DNA of 64,000 nucleotides from Candidatus Bathyarchaeota archaeon (GCA_963733095.1 CAVTBV010000013.1:128001-192000), one strand, 5' to 3'. Counted from the stretch's first letter, positions 1-10,885 are shown. Program-made: numbers and translations. Notes: generated by a model from the letters alone, not told the origin.

Positions 1-807
1 ATTTCGTTATCGTGGAAAGATCTTCGCCTAACCTGTTTGGCTTTGTTAATTGTTTTAGTTTGTTCTGTCGTTAAATTGAAATGTTCTTTAAGAAATTTCA
101 TTGAAGCATATTCAACATTGTCATATTCGTGGAAGCTATCACGGAAATATTTATCATAACTCAAACCAAAATACCTTTTTACTGTTTTCACTCTTTGTGA
201 ACAGGAAACCGCTCTAATTCAAACCTTGCCATTTAACTCACTAATACACTCTTGTAGCGTGCTGTTTTAAAGGGTTTACGCATACTTGGGTTTATCCATC
301 TTTTTGACCGTGATCGTGCTGATTTCAACTTGTAAGGTCCGAGGAGCCAATAGAAGCTCTTTACCCACAATAAGGACAATGAACATTTGGTGTTTCGCAT
401 GTTCAAACTTTTAAGCAGCGGTTGCTAAAATAGTTGGGGAAATGTTTGAATAAAAAACCAATAACCGTCGCCGAAGCAGGAAGATTAGGCGGAAGAAAAA
501 CAATTATGCAACAGCGAAAACGAAGATTTGTAAAATAGTATAAGATGTGGAAATTATTAATGCAGAGCTGCAATGCGGTTATTCCAATAAACTGGAACTA
601 AAGTACATCAAGCAAGGCAAACAATTCAAGATTACTAATCAGGATTTAGTTTAAAATTCTATTTCGAGATGCAAACTTTGGGTGGCAACCAGCTTTCTGC
701 TAAATGTTGAGGACTTAAGGTTTTGTATTATTATCCCAAAATGTGGGTGTATATTTTAATTTTGTACGATTTTTTGGCGTATACTGCAAAGTTATTTAAA
801 CAAGAAG

Positions 808-1167
808 TTGACAGAAAAAGAATTGGCAAGAAGTATTTCCAAACTTTTAACCAAAATTAAAGGAAAGGAACTTCTTGACGGCACCACTACAAGCGATGGC
901 AGCGGCACGTTTGCTTTTACTTGGACACTTGACATATCTGGCGATTACACTGTAATAGCTAACTTTGCAGGCTCAGAAGCGTACTACCCATCCAATGCAG
1001 AAACACACTTCACTGCAAGCGAACCAGCAGCAACAGCATCACCGGCTCCAACCGCAACAGCATCAATGGCTGATCAATACTTTGTTCCCGCAATAGCAGG
1101 CCTATTTGTTCTAATCATCATAGTCCTCGCTCTATCAGTGCTGTCGATGCTTAGAAAGCGACCTTAA
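808..1167 (+). pseudogene. C-terminal remnant of a membrane-anchored surface protein (Ig-like segment, Pro/Thr/Ala linker, TM helix, basic tail)
   Basis: GTTTSDGSGTFAFTWT...YTVIANFAGSEAYYPS is followed by a linker, a hydrophobic helix and RKRP. There is no signal peptide, and the first ~24 codons are AT-rich and look unrelated. Confidence 0.6.
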
Positions 1168-1456
1168 GAATGTCTACAAAATAAAAACCATCTTTCCCCT
1201 TTTTTTTGTCTCGAGTACTAAGATATGTGGGCTGAATAGGTATGGCAAAAATACGAAATAGCCAAACTAAAAGAGCTTTGCATGCTCTTTTCTCCTTTAA
1301 GCCAGAGCCTCAGCAAATCCTTTCAGGTAAATTTGTTTTCTTTAAACGCATGCGCTTAGAAAGTGGCTTTGGATTAATTCATACTCGTTGCGTATAATGA
1401 CCAACTTTTACTTAAGATTAATTAAAGCCAAGGGGTGAATCAATTAATGAATAAAA

Positions 1457-2931
1457 ATGAGCAAGCAAACCCAACTTGCATTTATCGCTTTTCTTTCTTT
1501 TGTGCTTCTTAGCCCATTTATAGCTTCATATGTAAAAGCGCAAGATGACTTTTTCACTCTTGAGGCGGAGCAAAATTGGGATACCTATGGTGTTGGGGGC
1601 ACCTGCATTTATGGGACTCACAACATTTTTGTGGCAGATGTTAACGGTGATGGCATCATGGAAATAGTTACAGGCGGATTTACCTATAACACCGTAAACG
1701 GTTCTAGAACTGGAAGCGAAGCACCCCTAAAGGTATGGAATTGGGACGGATACAATGTTACACTTAAAGCAAGCGTTAAGTGGAATGGCTCAATCTCTTG
1801 TCTTTACGCTGCCGACTTAGATGGCGATAACATTGCAGAGGTAATTACTGCAGGATCATTTAGAAATGAAACGGGTATTAACACTTATTCTCTTAGAATT
1901 TGGAACATCAGAAACGGCGAATTGAACTTAGAAGCCCATTTTGAGGGCACAGCAATCAACTCGCTCTTTGTCAGCGACGTCGACAAAGACGGGACACCGG
2001 AAATTCTCTCAGTTGGACGGTTGCTCAATAACAATTTGAATACTTCCCAACTCAGCTTATGGACCTTCAAAGATAACACTCTAACTCTTGAAAAAAGCTT
2101 AGCTCTGGACTCAGCGAATGTAACAAGTGCTAATTCAGTGTATGCTTCAGACTTAGACAACGATGGCAACCAAGAAGTAATCATTGGGGGCTACTCTGAT
2201 AGCATAGCAAACAGCAAAGGGCAACTTAGCATTTGGCAATGGAACGGACAAGAATTTATCCTAAAAGCAAACAAAACATGGCAACTATCTGGAGGCACTG
2301 CAAAGACTATTGCCGGTGGCACTCAAGGAAACACAGCTGTTTATAATTTGAAAGCCGGGGACTTGGATGGCGATGGCTACAAGGAAATTGCTACTGGTGG
2401 CTTTGCTTATGATGGCGAAAAAGTCAATGCTCAACTGAAAATTTGGAGTTGGGATGGAAGCGCTTTAACGGAAAAAGCAAGTCATGAGTGGGCAACTGAT
2501 TATCTGACAGAAGTGAAATGTTTGTCGCTAAATGATGTTGACAATGATGGAAAAATGGATGTTGTTGAGAGCGGTATAGTGGCGGCTCAAGGGAGTTTTA
2601 AAAACAGCGAAAGCATTCATGACAGAGCTCAATTGAGAGTTTATGGTTGGGATGGAACAACGCTGACTTTAAAACAGAGCAAAGATTGGTCTTTCGATGA
2701 AGGAGCATGCGCATGGAACGTAGCTAACGGTGACGTAGACAAAGATGGTTTTGTAGAGATAATAACTGTTGGCTGCACGGCTTTAAATGAGCAATGCGAT
2801 CCAGATATGCGTATCTGGTCACTGACAAGCGTAGACACGACCCGAATTATCTGCCATATGTTCTTGCAGGAGTATTAATAGCAACAACTGCTTTTTCAAT
2901 TCTTGTTGTCTTTACCAGAAAGAAAAAATAG
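1457..2931 (+). CDS. Secreted FG-GAP/VCBS repeat beta-propeller protein; C-terminal TM anchor displaced by a frameshift near 2842
   Basis: Signal peptide plus 7 D-[LV]-[DN]-x-D-G type repeats. The ORF stops at 2878, but the -1 frame 2842-2931 reads PNYLPYVLAGVLIATTAFSILVVFTRKKK*. Confidence 0.85.
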
Positions 2932-3336
2932 CACCAGTCTAATAGCAGCTCGCTTATTGTCGATGGTGATTCTAATGATCACTGATCCTTTCTATTTTCC
3001 TAGAATAGGTATTTATTGCCATTTTCTCCTGGATTTCGGATAATGGTGACTTTCCTTATCGCTACGCGGTCCATGCTTGCGCGGTTTGAAACCCTCGATT
3101 GTAAAATCTAACGTTTGCTCCAAATAATTAGCCCCAAAATACAATAAATGCAAAATAAAAAAAGGGAAGAAGTTGCGTAGAGAATGGTGACATCACCATT
3201 GAAAACGGTTGCGAAATAATCTCTTGTACTATAAACGCTCGGATTCAGTTACGCTAGTTAAGGTTTAATTACACGATATAGTAACTCCAAGTTTTTTCGA
3301 TTAGTTTTTTAATGCTAAATCTGCTATCTAATTGGG

Positions 3337-3711
3337 ATGGTAGGTTGTAGGCAACCAAGCTTTCTAATTGGTGCAACAGCTCACAAAAAGCAATTGGCGA
3401 TTAAAATGTCCCTACAAGCAACTGTTAGATTCGTGAAGTGTCAAAATGCTATTTACCCAGAATTCGGTAAACTATCTAAATTGAATTTCGTCCAATGCCC
3501 AAAATGCAATACCAAATTTAATTTGTTTGGGATCTATAGAGCACTTTATGAGACTAATCCTTTATGCGCCAGAATAGTTGACGTAGCAACAAAACATACT
3601 GATACTGAAATATTCATAACTGGTGGTGAGGAAAGGGATGTAGAAGCGGTTATCCAAGTTTTGGACACAAATAATTTTCAATCCCTAAAGAGTGAAAATA
3701 TCATGACATGA
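3337..3711 (+). CDS. Hypothetical protein (contains CPKC)
   Basis: 124-aa AT-rich ORF with an ATGA overlap into the next ORF; start uncertain. Confidence 0.5.
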   Translation: MVGCRQPSFLIGATAHKKQLAIKMSLQATVRFVKCQNAIYPEFGKLSKLNFVQCPKCNTKFNLFGIYRALYETNPLCARIVDVATKHTDTEIFITGGEERDVEAVIQVLDTNNFQSLKSENIMT

Positions 3712-4286
3712 TTCTTTACGGAAATTCTTTCATAGCTAAGCAATCAACTGGCTTATCACTAAGACTACAAAGGCTTGAGCCTGAGGACTTAGCCTTCACA
3801 ATAGATTTTGTTCAAGAACATCCCGCTATATCCTTTAGAGAAAAAATGACAGAATTGAAGGACTTAAAAACATCAATAACCTACTTAGCTAACGATATTC
3901 TGCACTTCAAGGTATCGGATTCAGGTTACGAACCATTTGGCTCCTCGATACTGGGTATGTGGTTGCATGACTGGTATTTTTTGGGGGCTTGGGAAGGTAC
4001 TGTGCCATTGCTTAATACAAAAAACCCTGAAGAGAACGCAATCAAAGAATTATGGGGATTAAAACAATCACTTGTAATCGGAGCAGCAAGAGTTCCATAT
4101 GAGCTAATATTTCCCTGGCTAAGAACTCGGTCCCAACAAATCTTATGGGATATGTTCACTGATGACATTGAGTCAAGAAGAAACAAACTGAAGCGGTTAA
4201 CTCGAAGGAAGCTATTTCCAAGAATACTAAATAAAACATATGATGATAATACTACTCCAGATCTAGCTTTTTTGGGTAACGGGTAA
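3708..4286 (+). CDS. Hypothetical protein
   Basis: 192-aa AT-rich ORF coupled to the upstream ORF; no recognised motif. Confidence 0.6.
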   Translation: MILYGNSFIAKQSTGLSLRLQRLEPEDLAFTIDFVQEHPAISFREKMTELKDLKTSITYLANDILHFKVSDSGYEPFGSSILGMWLHDWYFLGAWEGTVPLLNTKNPEENAIKELWGLKQSLVIGAARVPYELIFPWLRTRSQQILWDMFTDDIESRRNKLKRLTRRKLFPRILNKTYDDNTTPDLAFLGNG

Positions 4287-4450
4287 TATGTTCCCCAATT
4301 ATTTCGGGAAGCTAAGGGGGTTTAAAAAAAGAAAAGGGGTTGTGTGCGGATTGGAGTAATCACCATTTAAATCCGTTTGAAACCAAACCGCTAAATCTAT
4401 GCCCTCCTAATGGTCTATTTGCCTAGGATAGGGAAAAGCGGGCTGACTCG

Positions 4451-5179
4451 ATGACTAACGTTTTTGATGAAATGAGCGTTTTCTGGGCAGAGATAGCGGA
4501 CAAAAGCCAAACACAAAGGCAACTGCAATTCCTAAAAAAACACCTCATCTCCAACGGATACGTTTTGGACCTTGCCTGTGGAACGGGAAGGCACTCGATT
4601 CCTCTAACCCAGCAAGGTTACGCGATGGTAGGCATGGATGTTTCCGCGAACCTTCTCAAGATAGCCAAGAAGCGGTGGAGCAAGCTTGAGGTTGTTAGGG
4701 GGGATATGCGGTTTTTGCCCTTCAAAGCCCATGCGTTTGCAGTTGTCATAAGCATGGACACAAGTTTTGGGTACTTGCCCTCAGAGAAAGATGACTTAGT
4801 TAGTCTTACTGAAATTCACAGAACAATGAGTAAGAACGGCGTCATGGTTTTGGACGTTTTCAACAGAGAAGAATTAGCCCACAAATACTCCAAAGAAAAC
4901 AATTCTTCAAAATGGAAAGAATACCCCAGTTTTCTCCTACAACAAAAAAGAACTGTAAGCCAAAGGAGCGATTGGCTTTGTGATTTTTGGACTATTCGGG
5001 ATAAGGCAAGTGGACGATTGACAGCTTTCGAGCATTCAGTACGCTTGTATGAGAAGGGTGAGTTACAGGGTTTGGTTGAGAAATCGGGTTTTTTGGTTAA
5101 TCAGGTTTTTGGGGGTTACGAAGAGGAGACCTTTAGCGTTAATTCTCTGCGGCTCATCTTGATGGCTCGTTCAGAGTGA
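4451..5179 (+). CDS. Class I SAM-dependent methyltransferase
   Basis: VLDLACGTGRH motif I, GMDVS, GDMRFLPF. Confidence 0.92.
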   Translation: MTNVFDEMSVFWAEIADKSQTQRQLQFLKKHLISNGYVLDLACGTGRHSIPLTQQGYAMVGMDVSANLLKIAKKRWSKLEVVRGDMRFLPFKAHAFAVVISMDTSFGYLPSEKDDLVSLTEIHRTMSKNGVMVLDVFNREELAHKYSKENNSSKWKEYPSFLLQQKRTVSQRSDWLCDFWTIRDKASGRLTAFEHSVRLYEKGELQGLVEKSGFLVNQVFGGYEEETFSVNSLRLILMARSE

Positions 5180-5281
5180 TTTTTCTGTTTTTGTAACTCT
5201 AAGGATGAATGTTTAGTGTTAGCACATAAAAGTTATAAGCTCCCACAAAGAAAGTTTGAATGATACAGAAAGTGACGAAGG

Positions 5282-6274
5282 ATGAATGCTTGGAAACTTA
5301 GGGTTTCTATGGCTGCAACCTTGGCAGCAATCTTTGGCTTAACCACGTTAGTTTTCGCAGTAGTTTTAACCTGGGTTGGATTCGGCTTAAGCATCTACGC
5401 TATAGGGATATTTGTGGTAGTTCTTAACATTGCTCAATGGCTATTGTCACCCTACCTTGTGGGCTGGATCTACAAAGTTAAAGAAATGCCCCAAAACGAA
5501 AACCTCCAAGTGCACCAGATGGTCTCTGATTTGAGCCGAAAAAGCGGTATATCCACACCAAAACTTATGCTCTCACGAATGCCACTTCCAAACGCATTCG
5601 CCTACGGTTCACCCCTCACGGGAAGCCGTGTTGCAGTAACTCAGGGACTTTTGCAGCACCTTGACAACGGAGAAGTCGAAGCGGTTATCGGTCACGAACT
5701 TGGACACCTAAAACACCGCGACGTACAAGTGATGATGGTTGTTTCGTTCTTGCCCGCATTGTTCTACTACATTGGTTACTCGCTTATGCTCTCAGGCATC
5801 TTTGGCGGCGGAGACCGCAAAAACAGCGGTGGCGGAAACAATGCTTTATTCGGCATCGCCTTCATGGCTTTCTCATGGGTCCTAACCCTCTTTACCCTAT
5901 ACCTTAGCCGCCTACGAGAATACTATGCTGACAGACACAGCGCCACAATAGTTGAAAACGGCGCAACAAAACTGTCCACCGGCCTAGTAACAATCGTGCA
6001 GCAAAGCAAAAATCCAACTAAACAACAAAAAGATCAACAGAAAAGCACCAGCTCCTTCAAAGCCCTTTTCATCGCCGACCCTGAACGTGCAACCGCAGAC
6101 GCAGCAGAACTAAACGCTAATCGAGTAGCAAACAAAGAAGACCTGTTACGCGATACTCTCGCCAAAAAACCCACTTCAGTCGACAAGTTCGCCGAAATCT
6201 TCTCCACCCACCCTAACATAATCAAGCGGTTGCGGGCACTTCAGGAAATCAGCCAAAACCCACCAAATGCATAG
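5282..6274 (+). CDS. htpX: Zinc metalloprotease HtpX (M48)
   Basis: PNAFA, HELGH, SRLREYYAD and STHP motifs with TM helices. Confidence 0.93.
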   Translation: MNAWKLRVSMAATLAAIFGLTTLVFAVVLTWVGFGLSIYAIGIFVVVLNIAQWLLSPYLVGWIYKVKEMPQNENLQVHQMVSDLSRKSGISTPKLMLSRMPLPNAFAYGSPLTGSRVAVTQGLLQHLDNGEVEAVIGHELGHLKHRDVQVMMVVSFLPALFYYIGYSLMLSGIFGGGDRKNSGGGNNALFGIAFMAFSWVLTLFTLYLSRLREYYADRHSATIVENGATKLSTGLVTIVQQSKNPTKQQKDQQKSTSSFKALFIADPERATADAAELNANRVANKEDLLRDTLAKKPTSVDKFAEIFSTHPNIIKRLRALQEISQNPPNA

Positions 6275-6898
6275 TTAAAAAATTAAATCTTGGCTTCTAT
6301 TGTTCAGAAATGGGTTTCTTCTTTTTTCTTCTCGAATTATCGATGCCTCGCCGTGGCCTGGGTAAACCAACAAGTTTTCCGGCAGATTGGTAAGTTTTTT
6401 TAATGAAAGTCTCATGTCTTTCATTGATCCGCCGGGAAAGTCTGTTCTGCCAATACTGCCCGCAAATAAGGTGTCACCCGTGAAAACTATTCTTTCTCCG
6501 ACCAGACATATGCTGCCGGGAGTGTGCCCTGGCGTATGTATTACTTTGAGGGTTTCACCGCCAAACTCGACTAAGCTGCCCTCTTCCAGCATGATGTTAG
6601 CTGGAGAAGCGCCTTTTTCTGCTGTTTCGATGAAATGGGCGTCAAGTGGGTGGATGCAGATTGGAACGTTGAATTTCTCCTGGAACAATGTGTTTGCCTT
6701 GATGTGGTCATCGTGTCCGTGTGTATTCACGATAAACTTTACTTTTAACTTCCCGTTTGTCACATAGTCGAAGATTGATTTGGCTTCGCCTGAAAAGTCC
6801 AGTCCGGGGTCCATTAGGATGGCTTCTTTTGTTTCTTTGGAGCTTGCGAGGTAACAGTTGGTTGATAGCATGCCAACCGTGAAGGTTTCAATAAGCAT
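6275..6898 (-). CDS. MBL-fold metallo-hydrolase (glyoxalase II-like)
   Basis: THGHDDH, HTPGHTPG, FTGDTLF, PGHG. Confidence 0.92.
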   Translation of the reverse strand: MLIETFTVGMLSTNCYLASSKETKEAILMDPGLDFSGEAKSIFDYVTNGKLKVKFIVNTHGHDDHIKANTLFQEKFNVPICIHPLDAHFIETAEKGASPANIMLEEGSLVEFGGETLKVIHTPGHTPGSICLVGERIVFTGDTLFAGSIGRTDFPGGSMKDMRLSLKKLTNLPENLLVYPGHGEASIIREEKRRNPFLNNRSQDLIF

Positions 6899-6984
6899 AC
6901 GAATCTAAGATGCAAACGTGTTTAGGTGAAATAAAGATTCGCTTTGATATGAAACAAAAAACTTAGTTTTAAGAAACTAAAGTA

Positions 6985-7233
6985 CTAGTCTTCTGCGCCT
7001 TGTTGGAACCCAGTCACTTTTATCTTGCTCCCGCATCTACCGCAGCTTACGACTATTTCCGCAACTTCGTCATGTTCAACTTTGATGTCTAAGATTTGGT
7101 AGTTCTCTTCAGACTCGTCATCAGGCGAAATCGAGAGTCCGCATTTTGGGCATGGAAATGAACCGTCGCCTTCGATGGCAGCCAAGTCTATTTTGTAGGC
7201 CGTAGCTTTTTTGTCCAGCTTTTTCATCATCAT
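6985..7233 (-). CDS. Small zinc-finger protein
   Basis: CPKC...CGRC pair in an 82-aa ORF. Confidence 0.75.
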   Translation of the reverse strand: MMMKKLDKKATAYKIDLAAIEGDGSFPCPKCGLSISPDDESEENYQILDIKVEHDEVAEIVVSCGRCGSKIKVTGFQQGAED

Positions 7234-7375
7234 ATTATTTCACTCTTAATTTTTTAGATTTTCATTGACCGTTTTTATTAATTAACGATTATGAATTTCT
7301 ATTCCATATGTGGCATCCATTTAAAAGGTTGACGCAAAAAAAGGAAAAAATAACTGATTTATTCACGACTTTTGT

Positions 7376-9283
7376 TTACCCCTCTGCTTGCTTTTCAAAG
7401 TTTTCAGGTGAAATATAGTCGCCATAATTCTCTTTTGCTTCCAGCAATCGTTGGCGCTGCATATAGAGTAAACCGAACATTTCCAGCGGTGTATCAGTGA
7501 CGTTTTCTTGGTAGAATCTTTGGACACGTTCAATTTTCGCCAGGTTTTCTGGGACACGTATGGTGAATTGTTTGATGTAGTCTTCTTTAGCGTAGTTCTT
7601 GTTTAGCACTTGTTTGAAGAGTTTTTTGAGGTCTTCGTATTTAGGTATGTATCCAGTTGGCGTTTTTAGGGCGCCGACTTCTTTGTGGACTCGCAGTTCC
7701 ATCCATTTTATCCAAACGTGCTTGTCTTGGGGACTGTTGAGGTATTGGTCGTTACCTGTTTCTTTGAGGAAGTAGTTGACACCGAATACTATGGGTTGCT
7801 TTTTGAGTTTTCGCCCGAACTCCAAGTTGTTGTTGACGTTTTTGCCCATTGGAATCGAGATGAAGTCTTGGATGCTCATCATGTTGATTTCTGGAACACC
7901 CTCTTTGCCGATGGTTGCGAATGTGGTTTCTGTTTCCAAGGATGCGCCGTATGCGACTATGCCGTGGTCCCAGCTGAAGCTTTGTTGAACAGGCACATAA
8001 GCCTTAGTGTCGCGTCCGCCGTACATGATGCCGCCTAATTCTACTCCGTTAGGGTTATTAAGTTCTGGATCGACGTTTTCGAGCGCTTTTAGTGCGACTG
8101 CGTAACGAGCGTTTTTGTTTGCTGCTGGAACGTCGTTGTCGTTTTCATCTTTTTTGCCTTCGAACCATGTTCCACTGTAGTTGCAACCGTCTTTAGGCAG
8201 TTCATGTCCCATGCCCAGCCAGTAAGGTTTGCCATCCTTCACCAGAATGTTGGAGAATATAATTTCTCCTGGATTTGTCAGTACTTTCCAGATTAGTGCG
8301 TCATCTCTTGGGTTTACGTCTTGTATTATGCCGAAGATTCCTGATTCTACGTTTACTGCGCGGGCCGCTGAGTCCATATCTCGGATGTATGCGATGTCGT
8401 CGCCAAGAATTGTTTCGCCTGGAAGCATAGCTGTTGAGGTTTTGCCGCATGCACTTGGGAACGCGCCTGCGAAGTAGGTTTTGCGTCCATTTGGTCCAAA
8501 GACGCCCATGAGCAACATATGCTCAGCTAACCATCCTTCACTGCTGGCTTTGCGTATTGCCAGGCGGAAGGCGAGTTTTTTGAAGCCTACGCTGTTGCCT
8601 GCGTATTGTGTGTTGACGCTGTAGATTGTGTTGTCCATATGGTCGATGTATATACGTTTTTTAGCGTAGTCTACGCTGACCATGTCACTGTTGAGGTTTC
8701 CAGCAGAATGCAAAACACGTAAGAAGTCGCTTTTTGTTCCTGCTTTAACGAATTGCTCATAACCAGGCCTGTAAAGTAACGATTCAGAATGTGCAACATA
8801 CCAAGAATCGGTGCACTGCAAACCTAATATCGTGAATACTGAATCAGCAGGTCCAAGAGAAATGAAGCGAACAATCATTGTTTTGCCAACCATTGAGCCA
8901 CGAAGCAACCCCATAACTTCAATGAGGCCTTCTTGGCGATCCATTTGGTTGAGTGCTTTGCTTAGTGTGAGGCCTTTGGGAACCAGGTATTTGGTGGCTT
9001 GGCGGTCGCGTCCTTGGTCTTGTTCGCCGTCAAAGTGTACAGTGTGCCCTGGTACAGTAAGTATGGCTTGTTCTTCATTAGTGGCGATTGCTTGTTTTCG
9101 TACGTAAGCTATGTCTTCGGCTGAGTCGCTGCAGATGAAGATTTTTTCAGGGTGACACAGGTCGCTTTCTTTAGCGATGAACTCGTGGATGTTTGGGTTG
9201 TCTATGGCGCTTAGTTTTTGGAAATCTGTGGCGCTGAGTTTTGATTGTAATGTTTCAAGATATGGATTCATTGTCTTTAACAT
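7376..9283 (-). CDS. pckG: Phosphoenolpyruvate carboxykinase (GTP)
   Basis: AFPSACGKT P-loop, GDDIAY, YAGN and YGGR motifs. Start placed at ATG 9283 (or 9271), just after the upstream stop, rather than 9361. Confidence 0.93.
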   Translation of the reverse strand: MLKTMNPYLETLQSKLSATDFQKLSAIDNPNIHEFIAKESDLCHPEKIFICSDSAEDIAYVRKQAIATNEEQAILTVPGHTVHFDGEQDQGRDRQATKYLVPKGLTLSKALNQMDRQEGLIEVMGLLRGSMVGKTMIVRFISLGPADSVFTILGLQCTDSWYVAHSESLLYRPGYEQFVKAGTKSDFLRVLHSAGNLNSDMVSVDYAKKRIYIDHMDNTIYSVNTQYAGNSVGFKKLAFRLAIRKASSEGWLAEHMLLMGVFGPNGRKTYFAGAFPSACGKTSTAMLPGETILGDDIAYIRDMDSAARAVNVESGIFGIIQDVNPRDDALIWKVLTNPGEIIFSNILVKDGKPYWLGMGHELPKDGCNYSGTWFEGKKDENDNDVPAANKNARYAVALKALENVDPELNNPNGVELGGIMYGGRDTKAYVPVQQSFSWDHGIVAYGASLETETTFATIGKEGVPEINMMSIQDFISIPMGKNVNNNLEFGRKLKKQPIVFGVNYFLKETGNDQYLNSPQDKHVWIKWMELRVHKEVGALKTPTGYIPKYEDLKKLFKQVLNKNYAKEDYIKQFTIRVPENLAKIERVQRFYQENVTDTPLEMFGLLYMQRQRLLEAKENYGDYISPENFEKQAEG

Positions 9284-9285
9284 CC

Positions 9286-10260
9286 TTAAAGTTCGTTTAC
9301 TGTTCCGGGGATTCTTGGGAACGGTTGGCATTCGCCGATGTGTTTGACGCCTGCAAGCCATCCGACTAAGCGTTCCATGCCTATGCCTCCGCCTGCAGTG
9401 GGTTTGAGTTTGCCTTCTTTGGCCATTTTCAGCACTAGGGCATAGTTTTCTTTTTTGACTTGGTCGCGCTCAATTTTTGTGAGGATTTTTGTGTATTCGT
9501 ATTCGCGTCTGGCGCCTGAGAGGACTTCGCCGAATTGCGGTAGGAACAGGTCGTAGTTGTCCCATTTGCCTGTCTTGAAATCTTCAAAGTCATAGAATTC
9601 TCTTGGTATGTTTGTTACCCAAACAGGCTCGGATGTTTCTTGGGATATGCCTGCTTCCCAGTCTGCGCCGTATTTGGCTTCAAGGTCTACGCGGTCATAG
9701 ATTTTGAATGGTGTCTTAGGCGCTGAAAGAGTGTCACAGCGGCAAAGAGTGGTTAATTCACCTTTCATATCCTTCTTTAAGTTCTCAACGAGGATGACGA
9801 TTGCTTCTTCGACCAAAGCAAAAACGTCTTTAGAAGAGGCACCTTGAGCTTCAAAGTCTAGTTGGGTAAACTCGTAGATGTGTCTGCCCGTTTTGGCGCG
9901 TTCAGCTTTTTCGATGCGGATGTTGGGTGAGAGAATGAAGAGTTTGGGGTAGGCGGTTGAAGCGGCGACGAGTTTGTGGATGATCATGCTGGCTGTGGTG
10001 CGGACTGGTTTGCCATAGATGTCGACTTCGATTCTTTTTTCTATAGATGCACCTGGGTCTGGCCAGAGTGGGTCGGTGCTTTGACTTAATGCTACGGGCA
10101 GTAGCCATTGGAAGCCTTTGTTTACAAAGGTGTTTGAGAGACTTTTTAGTGTGTAAGTCATGATTTTGCCTATGCATGCTTTTCTTTCTATTTCTGTTGC
10201 CGTCAGTTGTTCCAACGGTTTGGGGATTTCTATTGATTCTTGTTTGGACATTTTGGTCAC
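9286..10260 (-). CDS. asnA: Archaeal asparagine synthetase A (AsnRS-like catalytic domain, no anticodon-binding domain)
   Basis: Class II aaRS motif 2 (PNIRIEK...RHIYEFTQLDFE), EVLSGARRE and motif 3 (GGGIGMERLV); 324 aa with no N-terminal OB fold. Confidence 0.85.
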   Translation of the reverse strand: MTKMSKQESIEIPKPLEQLTATEIERKACIGKIMTYTLKSLSNTFVNKGFQWLLPVALSQSTDPLWPDPGASIEKRIEVDIYGKPVRTTASMIIHKLVAASTAYPKLFILSPNIRIEKAERAKTGRHIYEFTQLDFEAQGASSKDVFALVEEAIVILVENLKKDMKGELTTLCRCDTLSAPKTPFKIYDRVDLEAKYGADWEAGISQETSEPVWVTNIPREFYDFEDFKTGKWDNYDLFLPQFGEVLSGARREYEYTKILTKIERDQVKKENYALVLKMAKEGKLKPTAGGGIGMERLVGWLAGVKHIGECQPFPRIPGTVNEL

Positions 10261-10361
10261 TGTGAACTTGTTTTTATGTACTTTGTACAGGGTGGGTAAT
10301 AAATTTTCTACAACTAAACATGGATAATTTACAATTAATATAGGCTTTTATACTTGAAACC

Positions 10362-10374
10362 TGTAATAATTACA
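10362..10374. promoter_or_regulatory. Palindrome TGTAAT-A-ATTACA, candidate operator in the asnA/lrp divergent promoter
   Basis: Perfect 6-bp inverted repeat between a TTTATA box (~10347) and the lrp ATG (10376). Confidence 0.4.
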
Positions 10375-10375
10375 T

Positions 10376-10882
10376 ATGAGCATTAAATTAGACGAAAAAG
10401 ACCTCGCCATCCTAACCCTAATCCAGGAAAACAGCAAATTAACCGCCAACCAAATCGCCAAAAAAATCAACACCCCAATCACCACCGTTTTCGCAAAAAC
10501 CAAACGCATGGAAGAATTCGGCATCATAAAACAGTATCGCGCCATCCTTTCACCAGAAAAACTCAACCTCGGCACGGCAGCCTTTATTTTAGCCGCAGTA
10601 TCCTACAGTGCAAAAAACGACGACCAAACACCAATCTCCCAAAGACAGGTAGCCCAAGAAATCGCCCTCTTCCCCGAAGTACAAGAAGTACACATCATCA
10701 CAGGCGACTGGGACCTACTGGTAAAACTGCGCGCAGAGAGCGTTGATGCAATCGGCAAGTTTGTGGTCGATAAACTGCGGTTGATTAAGGGTCTAGATAA
10801 AACGTTGACTTGCATGGTGTTTGAAACCGTGAAGGAATCCACGAGCCTGCCCCAAACCTTCAGAAAAAACCTGCCCAAATAA
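10376..10882 (+). CDS. Lrp/AsnC family transcriptional regulator
   Basis: LDEKDLAILTLIQEN HTH start and VHIITGDWDLLVK RAM domain. Confidence 0.93.
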   Translation: MSIKLDEKDLAILTLIQENSKLTANQIAKKINTPITTVFAKTKRMEEFGIIKQYRAILSPEKLNLGTAAFILAAVSYSAKNDDQTPISQRQVAQEIALFPEVQEVHIITGDWDLLVKLRAESVDAIGKFVVDKLRLIKGLDKTLTCMVFETVKESTSLPQTFRKNLPK

Positions 10883-10885
10883 TAG

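Noticed and set aside
9284-9361. N-terminal extension of pckG in the ORF track
   Set aside because: It overlaps the asnA coding end; the ATG at 9283 or 9271 is more plausible.
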